Assembly (NCBI GenBank): GCA_017436955.1
Contig: JAFSCD010000012.1
Coordinates: 51,993-115,992 of the forward strand
Direction of reading: 5' to 3'
DNA: 64,000 nt
Source: Oscillospiraceae bacterium
GTDB taxonomy: Bacteria; Bacillota; Clostridia; Oscillospirales; Oscillospiraceae
Positions 45,007 through 52,826 of the stretch are shown one piece after another (the stretch's first letter is position 1; the number at the start of each line of letters is the position of its first letter). Made by a program: the position numbers and the translations under genes. The notes below the pieces were generated by a model, which was given only the letters and a program-made list of their open reading frames with translations, was not told the DNA's origin and did not search any database.

Positions 45007-47516
45007 AACTTTCCTTTTCTACCCGGGGCTGGGCAGACCTTTCCTGGGAAGAAATGATGCAGACCGCGCTGGAAATGGGCTTTTCCGGCATTGAGGTCTA
45101 CAATCTGCCGAAATTCGATCCGATGCTGGATCGGAGCGGTCCTTTTCATAAATATCAGGCAGCGGCAACGGCACGACAGCTGCGGGAAAAGAAGCTGTGC
45201 ATCCCTTGCTTTGATACCTCCTATGATCTTTCGCTGGATGATAGCTGCGTCTCTTATCTGCTTTCCCTGCTGGAGGTAGCCCACAATACCCAGGTGTCTT
45301 ATGTGGCAGCCTGCGCGCTGACTGACAATGAGGAGCAGGTGGTGCGAAATCTGCAGGCACTGCTGCCGGCTGCTGAAAAGCTGCAGGTAACGCTGCTGCT
45401 GAAAACCAGCGGCATTTACGCCGATACCGGCAGACTGCGCAATTTGCTCAATACCTTCGCCAGCGACTATATGGGCGCGCTGTGGGATGTGCATCACACC
45501 TACCGTGACTTTGGCGAAAGCGGCGATACCACCATCAAAAATCTGGGCAGCTATGTGTGCCACGTCCACCTGCGTGACTCCGATGATACCGGCGTCTATC
45601 AGGTCATCGGCGAGGGCACTATGCCCATTGACGATGTGATGCGTGCGCTGTCCTCGGTCAATTATGACGGCTTCCTCTCGCTGGAATGGAAGCCGGTGTG
45701 GCAGGAGGAGCTGCAGGACCGGGATGTGATCTTCCCGTATTATGTAAACTATATGAGTCGCTTCGGCAGCCCCAGAAGCCAGAAGAAATCCCTCTACTTT
45801 AACCACGATGGCTCCGGTCAGTATATCTGGAAAAAGGACGAGCTGATCGACCTGACCTTCTCCCAGGTGCTGGACCGTGTGGCGCAGGAATTCCCGGATC
45901 AGTACGCCTTCAAGTACACCACGCTGGACTATACCCGGACTTACCGCCAGTTCCAGAAGGATGTGGATGATTTTGCCCGTGCTCTGGTATCTATGGGCGT
46001 CAAGGCCGGCAGCAAGGTGGCCATCTGGGCGACCAATGTACCAGCCTGGTACATCACTTTCTGGGCGACTACCAAGATCGGCGCGGTGCTGGTAACGGTA
46101 AATACCGCCTATAAGATCCACGAGGCGGAGTATTTGCTGCGCCAGTCCGATACCCATACTCTGGTGATGATCGAAAACTGTCTGGATTCTGACTACCGTG
46201 GCATCATCAACGAGCTGTGTCCCGAGCTTGCCACCACCAAGCCCGGTGAGCCGCTGCACTGCAAGCGGCTGCCCTTCCTGCGGAACGTCATCACCGTTGG
46301 CTTCCGGCAGCCCGGCAGCCTGACCTTCGAGGAGGCTATGGCACGCAAGGAGCTGGTAAGCCCGGAGCAGGTGGCACGGATGGCGGCTGCCGTCCAGCCC
46401 AACGATGTGTGCAATATGCAGTACACCTCCGGCACCACGGGTTTCCCCAAAGGTGTTATGTTAACCCACTACAATGTAGTGAACAACGGCAAATGTATCG
46501 GTGACCGGATGGGTCTGTCCACCGCCGACCGTATGATGATCCAGGTGCCTATGTTCCATTGTTTCGGCATGGTATTGTCTATGACCTCGTCTATGACCCA
46601 CGGCGCTACGCTGTGTCCGCTGCCCTATTTCTCCGCGAAGTCCTCGCTGGCGTGCATCAATCAGGAGCGGATCACCTGCTTCAACGGCGTGCCGACAATG
46701 TTCATCGCCATGTTCAACCATCCCGATTACCGCAAGACGGATTTCTCCCATATGCGTACCGGTATTATGGCGGGCGCAGGCTGTCCGCCGGAGCTGATGC
46801 GCCGCGCAGCCCAGCCGGATGAGATGAATATGACCGGCATCGTCAGCGTTTACGGTCAGACGGAATCTGCCCCCGGCTCTACTATGTCCGCCTGGGACGA
46901 TCCGCTGGATGTGCGCACCAATACGGTGGGCTATGCGTTCCCCCACGTGCGCTGCAAGATCATCGACCCGGATACCGGTCTGGAAGTGCCGGACGGTGTC
47001 AACGGCGAGTTCTGCTCCCGTGGTTATAACACTATGAAGGGCTATTACAAAATGCCCCAGGCCACCAAGGATACGGTGGATGCGGAGGGCTGGCTCCACT
47101 CCGGCGACCTGGCCTGTCGGGACAGCGCAGGCAATTACCGCATTACCGGACGGCTGAAGGATATGATCATCCGCGGCGGTGAGAACATTTACCCCAAGGA
47201 GATCGAGGAATTTATCTACACCCACCCTGCGGTGCAGGATGTGCAGGTCATCGGCGTGCCGGATAAGAAGTACGGCGAGGAGATCCTGGCAAGCATTGTG
47301 CTTAAGACCCCCGGCAGCGTGAGTGTGGAGGAAATGACCGCCTATATCAAGGCCAGTATGGCACGGCACAAGGTACCCCGGTATATTGAATTTGTGGACA
47401 GCTTCCCCATGAACGCGGCAGGCAAAGTCCTCAAGTACAAGATGCGCGAGGATGCCGCCAGACGTCTGGGTCTGGTTGGCGACGGCGCAGACACCGCCGG
47501 CAACCCGGGCAAGTAA
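45003..47516 (+). CDS. Xylose-isomerase-like TIM barrel + AMP-forming acyl-CoA synthetase fusion (ACS3)
   Basis: N-terminal ~255 aa MKLSFST...GFSGIE...WDVHH...HVHLRD...LSLEW; C-terminal QYTSGTTGFPKG, YGQTE, SGD, GRLKD, GGEN, GKVLK. ATGA overlap with the upstream stop. Confidence 0.85.
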   Translation: MKLSFSTRGWADLSWEEMMQTALEMGFSGIEVYNLPKFDPMLDRSGPFHKYQAAATARQLREKKLCIPCFDTSYDLSLDDSCVSYLLSLLEVAHNTQVSYVAACALTDNEEQVVRNLQALLPAAEKLQVTLLLKTSGIYADTGRLRNLLNTFASDYMGALWDVHHTYRDFGESGDTTIKNLGSYVCHVHLRDSDDTGVYQVIGEGTMPIDDVMRALSSVNYDGFLSLEWKPVWQEELQDRDVIFPYYVNYMSRFGSPRSQKKSLYFNHDGSGQYIWKKDELIDLTFSQVLDRVAQEFPDQYAFKYTTLDYTRTYRQFQKDVDDFARALVSMGVKAGSKVAIWATNVPAWYITFWATTKIGAVLVTVNTAYKIHEAEYLLRQSDTHTLVMIENCLDSDYRGIINELCPELATTKPGEPLHCKRLPFLRNVITVGFRQPGSLTFEEAMARKELVSPEQVARMAAAVQPNDVCNMQYTSGTTGFPKGVMLTHYNVVNNGKCIGDRMGLSTADRMMIQVPMFHCFGMVLSMTSSMTHGATLCPLPYFSAKSSLACINQERITCFNGVPTMFIAMFNHPDYRKTDFSHMRTGIMAGAGCPPELMRRAAQPDEMNMTGIVSVYGQTESAPGSTMSAWDDPLDVRTNTVGYAFPHVRCKIIDPDTGLEVPDGVNGEFCSRGYNTMKGYYKMPQATKDTVDAEGWLHSGDLACRDSAGNYRITGRLKDMIIRGGENIYPKEIEEFIYTHPAVQDVQVIGVPDKKYGEEILASIVLKTPGSVSVEEMTAYIKASMARHKVPRYIEFVDSFPMNAAGKVLKYKMREDAARRLGLVGDGADTAGNPGK

Positions 47517-47521
47517 ATAAA

Positions 47522-47550
47522 AATGGGATGCGAAAGCATCCCGTTTTTTT
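47522..47550 (+). terminator. Terminator after ACS3
   Basis: GGGATGC-GAAA-GCATCCCG-T7. Confidence 0.8.
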
Positions 47551-47560
47551 GTACGGAAAT

Positions 47561-47726
47561 GCCTTCCCCCGGGGGGAAGGTGTCAAAAATCTTTGATTTT
47601 TGACGGATGAGGAATGCGGGCGGTAATCTTAAATTGAGTACAGTTTTAAGACTTCGGCGATGTTTTGCTGCACGCCGTTCCTCTCCCGTCAGCCTGCGGC
47701 TGACACCCTCTCCCCGGGAGAGGGTA
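47561..47726. repeat. Family A-related palindromic repeat
   Basis: CCTTCCCCCGGGGGGAAGG-TGTCAAAAATCTTTGATTTTTGAC-GGATGAGG ... CCTCTCCCGTCAGCCTGCGGCTGACACCCTCTCCCCGGGAGAGGGT. Confidence 0.75.
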
Positions 47727-47770
47727 TAAAAAGCCCCCTCAAAGAGGGGGCCAAGGTGTAGCTTGTTTAT

Positions 47771-48988
47771 TTATCGAATACCGTACTTTTCGATGATGTA
47801 GTCCATATCCTTATCGCCTCTGCCGGAGAGGTTGATGAGCACGCTGCCCTTACCCATCCGCTGTGCCAGCTTGATGCCGTAGGCAACGGCGTGGGCGCTT
47901 TCGATGGCGGGGATAATGCCCTCCATACGCGCCAGCTCATAGAAGGCGTCGATGGTCTCCTCGTCATTGATGACATCGTACTTGACACGACCGCAATCCC
48001 GTAAGAATGCGTGTTCAGGACCGGAGGAGGGGTAATCCAGACCGCTGGCAACGGAGTAGACCGGCGCGGGATCACCGTTTTCGTCCTTCAGCATAATGCT
48101 GTTGAAGCCGTGCATAATGCCCTCGGAGCCGTACTGCAGGCTGGCGGCGTGGTCGCCGGGTGTGGCACCGCGACCCAAAGGCTCGATGCCGTAGATCTCC
48201 ACAGGGTCATTCAGGAAGCCGGAGAAGAAGCCGGCGGCATTGGAACCACCGCCCACGCAGGCAACGATGGCATCCGGCAAATGACCGGTCATATCCACAA
48301 ACTGCGCCCGGGCTTCTTCGCCTACCACGTGCTGGAAATCCCGAACCATCATGGGGAAGGGGTGCGGACCCACCACGGAGCCGATGCAGTAGATGCAGTC
48401 CTTATATTCCTTGGCGTAGGCGGCAAACGCGGCATCCACAGCTTCTTTCAAAGTCTGCTGACCTTCGGTGACTTCTACCACGTTGGCACCCAAAATTTTC
48501 ATACGTGCCACATTGGGCGCCTGCTTTTTGATGTCCTCGGCGCCCATATAAATGTCACATTCCAGACCGAAATAGGCGGCGGCAGTAGCCATCGCCACGC
48601 CGTGCTGACCGGCGCCGGTCTCGGCGATGACCTTCTTCTTGCCCATATACTTGGCAAGCAGCACCTCGCCCATGCAGTGATTCAGCTTGTGGGCGCCGGT
48701 GTGATTCAAGTCCTCGCGCTTGACGTAAAGCTGCACGCTGCCCAGCTTGTTGGACAGCCGCTCCAGATGGGAAACCGGGGTGGGGCGACCCTGGAACTCC
48801 TTGCGAATCCGGCGCAGCTCGGCAATAAACTGCCGGGATTGGGCGATGGTAAAATAGGCCTGGGTGATCTCCTCCATAGCCTTCTGCAGCTCCGGGGCGA
48901 TATAGCAGCCGCCGTATTTGCCGAAAAAGCCGCCCTCGTCGGGGTAGTGACGGAAATAGGTCTCAAAATCCACATTGTTCAGAATCAT
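47771..48988 (-). CDS. trpB: Tryptophan synthase beta chain (stand-alone; no trpA in window)
   Basis: [12 protein letters not shown] (PLP lysine), [31 protein letters not shown]. Confidence 0.96.
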   Translation of the reverse strand: MILNNVDFETYFRHYPDEGGFFGKYGGCYIAPELQKAMEEITQAYFTIAQSRQFIAELRRIRKEFQGRPTPVSHLERLSNKLGSVQLYVKREDLNHTGAHKLNHCMGEVLLAKYMGKKKVIAETGAGQHGVAMATAAAYFGLECDIYMGAEDIKKQAPNVARMKILGANVVEVTEGQQTLKEAVDAAFAAYAKEYKDCIYCIGSVVGPHPFPMMVRDFQHVVGEEARAQFVDMTGHLPDAIVACVGGGSNAAGFFSGFLNDPVEIYGIEPLGRGATPGDHAASLQYGSEGIMHGFNSIMLKDENGDPAPVYSVASGLDYPSSGPEHAFLRDCGRVKYDVINDEETIDAFYELARMEGIIPAIESAHAVAYGIKLAQRMGKGSVLINLSGRGDKDMDYIIEKYGIR

Positions 48989-49009
48989 AGTATGTACCTC
49001 CTAAAAATG

Positions 49010-49272
49010 AAAAGCCCTTGACAGAATACTGTCAAGGGCGAATTTACGATCCGCGGTGCCACCTTGAATTCATAGGAAAACCTATGCGCTTGACGGGATA
49101 CCATCATATCCCCGGCAACTGACGTATGCCCGCACGTTGCAGAATACTCTGTGGAATTCACATTTCACTGCACCCTCAGCGGCCCATTTGACAACTTGTT
49201 TCCTGCCTGACTCTCAGCACCACAGACTCTCTGTATGGGCATCATTGCCTTTATCCCCGCCTCAACGGTTTA
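49010..49272 (-). promoter_or_regulatory. T-box riboswitch, Trp (TGG) specifier
   Basis: Minus strand AGAGAG/GCTGAGA loops, AAA-TGG-G (49186-49184), AAGGTGGCACCGCGG, terminator GCCCTTGACAG-TATT-CTGTCAAGGGC-T4. Promoter TTGACA (49317-49312), 17 nt, TATAAT (49294-49289). Confidence 0.9.
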
Positions 49273-49390
49273 CTATTCGGTTGGGAGTATTATAGTACAA
49301 GGACACTTGTTTGTCAAGTGATTACAAAGAGAAAAATATGGTAAAACACAGATAGGACGGATTCGCTTTTCTGCGGCGAAGATTACACCA

Positions 49391-49564
49391 AATGATATAT
49401 CGCTTGTGCGATATGATATACGGCGTTGCCGTATGATATATTTCCACTTTGTGAAAATATGAAATAATATCCGTTCCTTAATATGCCGCAGGCATATATC
49501 ATCCACCGAAGGTGGATATCATATCGAAGATATATCACCCGTTCCGCAAGGAACGGATATCATT
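49391..49564. repeat. Multi-hairpin element punctuated by TGATAT/ATATCA
   Basis: Terminal inverted repeat AATGATAT...ATATCATT; TGATATA at 49393, 49414, 49434 and TGAAATA at 49460; ATATCA at 49496, 49516, 49532, 49557; short hairpins between them. Confidence 0.8.
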
Positions 49565-49565
49565 G

Positions 49566-49597
49566 AAAAAAGCACTTGCGATTGCAAGTGCTTTTTT
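49566..49597 (-). terminator. Terminator of the tRNA operon
   Basis: AAAAAAGCACTTGC-GATT-GCAAGTGCTTTTTT. Confidence 0.85.
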
Positions 49598-49598
49598 C

Positions 49599-49683
49599 TG
49601 GTGGGGGAGGACGGATTCGAACCATCGAAGCGATACGCAGCAGATTTACAGTCTGTCCCCTTTGGCCACTCGGGAACTCCCCC
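49599..49683 (-). tRNA. tRNA-Tyr (GTA)
   Basis: GGGGGAGTTCCCGAGTGGCCAAAGGGGACAGACT-GTA-AATCTG...GGTTCGAATCC...CTCCCCCACCA; long variable arm; encoded CCA. Confidence 0.97.
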
Positions 49684-49708
49684 ATATTCAATTCTGTTTC
49701 GGAAGTCT

Positions 49709-49730
49709 GTGGAGCCGGTAGACGGACTCG
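49709..49730 (-). repeat. Duplicated 3' end of tRNA-Thr (att-like direct repeat)
   Basis: GTGGAGCCGGTAGACGGACTCG, identical to 49822-49843. Confidence 0.9.
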
Positions 49731-49822
49731 TTCAATCAAGGAGCGGCTCGGTCAAGCCCTCGCCGGCAACGCTCATCCGCGTTGCATTTGATCATTCGAG
49801 TCTGTTGGAGCGTAAGCTCTGG

Positions 49823-49898
49823 TGGAGCCGGTAGACGGACTCGAACCCCCGACCTACTGATTACAAATCAGTTGCTCTACCAACTGAGCTATACCGGC
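49823..49898 (-). tRNA. tRNA-Thr (TGT)
   Basis: GCCGGTATAGCTCAGTTGGTAGAGCAACTGATT-TGT-AATCAGTAGGTCGGGGGTTCGAGTCCGTCTACCGGCTCCA. Confidence 0.97.
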
Positions 49899-49917
49899 AG
49901 CTGAACAGAACACGCTT

Positions 49918-49946
49918 ATTATAGCGGTGGGATTTGCGTTTGTCAA
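49918..49946 (-). promoter_or_regulatory. Consensus sigma-A promoter of the tRNA operon
   Basis: Minus strand TTGACA (49946-49941), 17 nt, TATAAT (49923-49918). Confidence 0.9.
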
Positions 49947-49973
49947 GTGTTTTTTTCGCCTTTTTGCCGAAAA

Positions 49974-50003
49974 AGAACCGGGGCGAAAATCGCCCCGGTT
50001 TTG
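49974..50003 (-). terminator. Terminator after ileS
   Basis: AACCGGGGCGA-AAA-TCGCCCCGGTT. Confidence 0.75.
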
Positions 50004-50007
50004 CTGT

Positions 50008-52797
50008 TTAGATTTCAATATCCAGCTTGGAAACGACACTTGCGCAGCGGTCGCACAGGTCATCCGCGTTGGCGCTCAAAGAGTGCATCCAGCAGCGGGG
50101 GCACTTGGCGCCCTTGGCTTCGCTGACACCGATCAGCAGGTCGGGGTAGTTGACACCGTTGCCGACCTCGGCGCCTGCTTCCGGTGCGCTCCAGTCGCAG
50201 GAGGACACGATGCAGATCTCCGCCAGGTTCAGACCCTGGCAGGCTGCCTTCAGCGCGTCGCTGCCCTGCAGGGAAACGTGGGCTTCCAGCGCCTTGCCGA
50301 TGCGCTTGTCGGCGCGGGCTCTTTCCAGAATACCGTTGACATCCTGCCGCAGCTTCATCACCGTCTCCCACTTATCCATAGCTGCCTCGGGCAGCAGGTA
50401 GGCGCGCAGATCGGTGGGCATCTGGTTGAGCAGAATATTGCGGTCATCATCGCCCTCACGGTGGGGCATAGCCTGCCAGATCTCATCGCAGGTGAAGGCC
50501 AGGATCGGCGCAAACAGCTTCGCCATGGTATCCACGATCAGGTACAGTGCGGTCTGTGCGCTGCGACGGCGGTTGCCGGTGGCTTCGTCGCAGTACAGAC
50601 GGTCCTTGATGATATCCAGATAGAAGGAGCTGAGCTCAACCACGCAGAAATCGTTGATGGCGTGGGTGATCACGTGGAACTCATAGTTCTCGTACGCCTT
50701 GCGGCACAGGGCGATCAGGTCATTCAGCTTTGTCAGCGCCCACTTATCCAGCTCTTCCATATCGGCAGCAGCGATCAGATTGTTGGGGTCGAAATCGCTG
50801 AGGTTGCCCAGGCAGTAACGGGCGGTGTTGCGGAACTTCAGGTAGTTCTGCGCAATCTGTTTGAAGATCTCCTTGGAGCAGCGGACGTCTGCGTGATAGT
50901 CGGAGCTTGCCGCCCACAGACGGACGATATCCGCACCGAAATCCTTGATCAGGTCAGCCGGGTCAACGCCGTTGCCCAGGCTCTTGTGCATCGCTCTGCC
51001 CTGACCGTCAACCACCCAGCCGTGGGTCAGCACCTGCTTGAAGGGTGCGCCCTGGTCCAGTGCGCCGACGGAGGTCAGCAGGCTGGACTGGAACCAGCCA
51101 CGGTACTGGTCAGCGCCCTCCAGATATACATCTGCAGGCCACAGCTCGGGAGTGCGGTGCATCAGGGATGCAAAATGGGTGGAGCCGGAGTCAAACCAGC
51201 AGTCCAGCGTATCGGTCTCTTTGGTGAAGGTCTTGCCGCCGCAGTGGGGGCAGGTGAAGCCTTCGGGGATCAGCTCCATAGCGTCCTTTTCAAACCAGAT
51301 GTTGGAGCCGTGCTCGTCGAACAGCTTGGAGATCTTGGCAATGGAATCGGGATTGGAGACGGGCTTGCCGCAATCGTCACAGTAGAACACCGGGATGGGC
51401 AGACCCCAGCGGCGCTGACGGGAGATACACCAGTCGGCACGTTCGCGGATCATACTGACCATTCTGTCCTCGCCCCAGGCGGGATACCACTGCACGTTCT
51501 CAATGGCCTTCACCGCCTGATCCTTGAAGGATTCCACGGAGCAGAACCACTGGGGCGTTGCGCGGAAGATGGTAGGCTTCTTGCAGCGATCGTGGTGGGG
51601 GTAGGAGTGGACAACGTCCTCGGATGCGAACAGCACGCCGCTTTCCTTCATATCCGCCAGGATGATGGGATTGGATTCTTCGGTCTTGAGACCGGCGTAC
51701 TTGCCGGCATACTCGGTGTGGCGACCGTGATCGTCCACCGGCACCACCAGTTCAACGCCGTAGCGCATACAGGTCTGGTAGTCATCGGCACCGAAGCCGG
51801 GAGCAGTATGCACCAGGCCCGTACCGGAATCCATGGTAACATACTCTGCGGTCATCAGCAGAGAGGTCTTGGGAAGGAAGGGATGCTTTGCCAGCATCTT
51901 CTCGAAGAATGCGCCGGGGTAGGTGGCAAGGATCTCATAGCTGGTGTAGCCGCCGGCGCCCATGACCTTTTCTGCCAGCGCCTCGGCGACGATGAAGATC
52001 TCATCGCTGTAATCGGGCTTGACCAGGGCGTAGGTCTCGCGGGGATGGAGGCTGATGCCCATATTGCCGGGCAGCGTCCAGGTGGTGGTGGTCCAGATCA
52101 GGAAATAGACCTTGCTCAGATCGAAGCCGGACAGCTTGCCCAGATCGTCGTGCATGGGGAACTTGACGTAAACGGTGGTACACGGATCGTCCTTGTACTC
52201 AATGTCCGCTTCCGCCACGGCGGTGGAGCAGTAGGGACACCAGCTGACGGGCTTTAAGCCCTTGTAGATGAAGCCCTTGTCGAACATCCGGCCAAAGACC
52301 TTGACCTCCTGGGCTTCAAAATGCCGATCCATGGTGCGGTAGGGATGCTCCCAATCGCCCACAACGCCCAGCCGCTTGAAGCCGGACATCTGCTTCTGGA
52401 TGAAATCCTCGGCGAAAGCCTCGCAGGCGGTGCGGAATTCGGGAACGGACATATCCTTGTTCAGCTTCTTCTTGGAAGTTTCGATGGCACGCTCGATGGG
52501 CAGACCGTGATTGTCCCAGCCGGGGACGTAGGGTGTGTAGTAGCCCATCATGGCACGGCTGCGGATGATAAAGTCCTTCAGGGTCTTATTCAGGGCGTGA
52601 CCCATGTGAATGAAACCGTTACTGAAGGGAGGACCATCGTGGAGAACGAAGGGAGGAAGCCCCTTGTTCTTTTCCAGCAGCGCGTTGTAAAGATCCTGCT
52701 CCTGCCAGCGCTCCAGCATGCCGGGCTCCCGGGCAGGCAGACCGGCTTTCATAGGAAAGTCCGTCTTGGGGGTGATGATTGTGTTTTTGTATTCCAT
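50008..52797 (-). CDS. ileS: Isoleucine--tRNA ligase (type 1)
   Basis: LHDGPPF...HMGH, PGWDNHGLPIE, IWTTTTWTLP, GTGLVHTAPG, DWCISRQR, AMHKS (KMSKS position), C-terminal CPRC...CDRC zinc site. Confidence 0.97.
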   Translation of the reverse strand: MEYKNTIITPKTDFPMKAGLPAREPGMLERWQEQDLYNALLEKNKGLPPFVLHDGPPFSNGFIHMGHALNKTLKDFIIRSRAMMGYYTPYVPGWDNHGLPIERAIETSKKKLNKDMSVPEFRTACEAFAEDFIQKQMSGFKRLGVVGDWEHPYRTMDRHFEAQEVKVFGRMFDKGFIYKGLKPVSWCPYCSTAVAEADIEYKDDPCTTVYVKFPMHDDLGKLSGFDLSKVYFLIWTTTTWTLPGNMGISLHPRETYALVKPDYSDEIFIVAEALAEKVMGAGGYTSYEILATYPGAFFEKMLAKHPFLPKTSLLMTAEYVTMDSGTGLVHTAPGFGADDYQTCMRYGVELVVPVDDHGRHTEYAGKYAGLKTEESNPIILADMKESGVLFASEDVVHSYPHHDRCKKPTIFRATPQWFCSVESFKDQAVKAIENVQWYPAWGEDRMVSMIRERADWCISRQRRWGLPIPVFYCDDCGKPVSNPDSIAKISKLFDEHGSNIWFEKDAMELIPEGFTCPHCGGKTFTKETDTLDCWFDSGSTHFASLMHRTPELWPADVYLEGADQYRGWFQSSLLTSVGALDQGAPFKQVLTHGWVVDGQGRAMHKSLGNGVDPADLIKDFGADIVRLWAASSDYHADVRCSKEIFKQIAQNYLKFRNTARYCLGNLSDFDPNNLIAAADMEELDKWALTKLNDLIALCRKAYENYEFHVITHAINDFCVVELSSFYLDIIKDRLYCDEATGNRRRSAQTALYLIVDTMAKLFAPILAFTCDEIWQAMPHREGDDDRNILLNQMPTDLRAYLLPEAAMDKWETVMKLRQDVNGILERARADKRIGKALEAHVSLQGSDALKAACQGLNLAEICIVSSCDWSAPEAGAEVGNGVNYPDLLIGVSEAKGAKCPRCWMHSLSANADDLCDRCASVVSKLDIEI

Positions 52798-52826
52798 TGG
52801 AAGATACCTCCATATTGTGTTTGTAG

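Noticed and set aside
45740-45750. TTATGTAAACT (dif arm match) inside ACS3
   Set aside because: Lies in coding sequence (Y-Y-V-N) with no partner arm; likely chance.
49391-49564. Possible mini-CRISPR array
   Set aside because: The repeats are only 6-7 bp and flip orientation midway, the spacers are self-complementary, and there are no cas genes.
27190-52257. Very long antisense ORFs (27190-29412, 40516-42867, 49927-52257 and others)
   Set aside because: They mirror fucI, ACS1 and ileS. High GC3 codon bias removes stops on the opposite strand, and they have no recognisable motifs or RBS.
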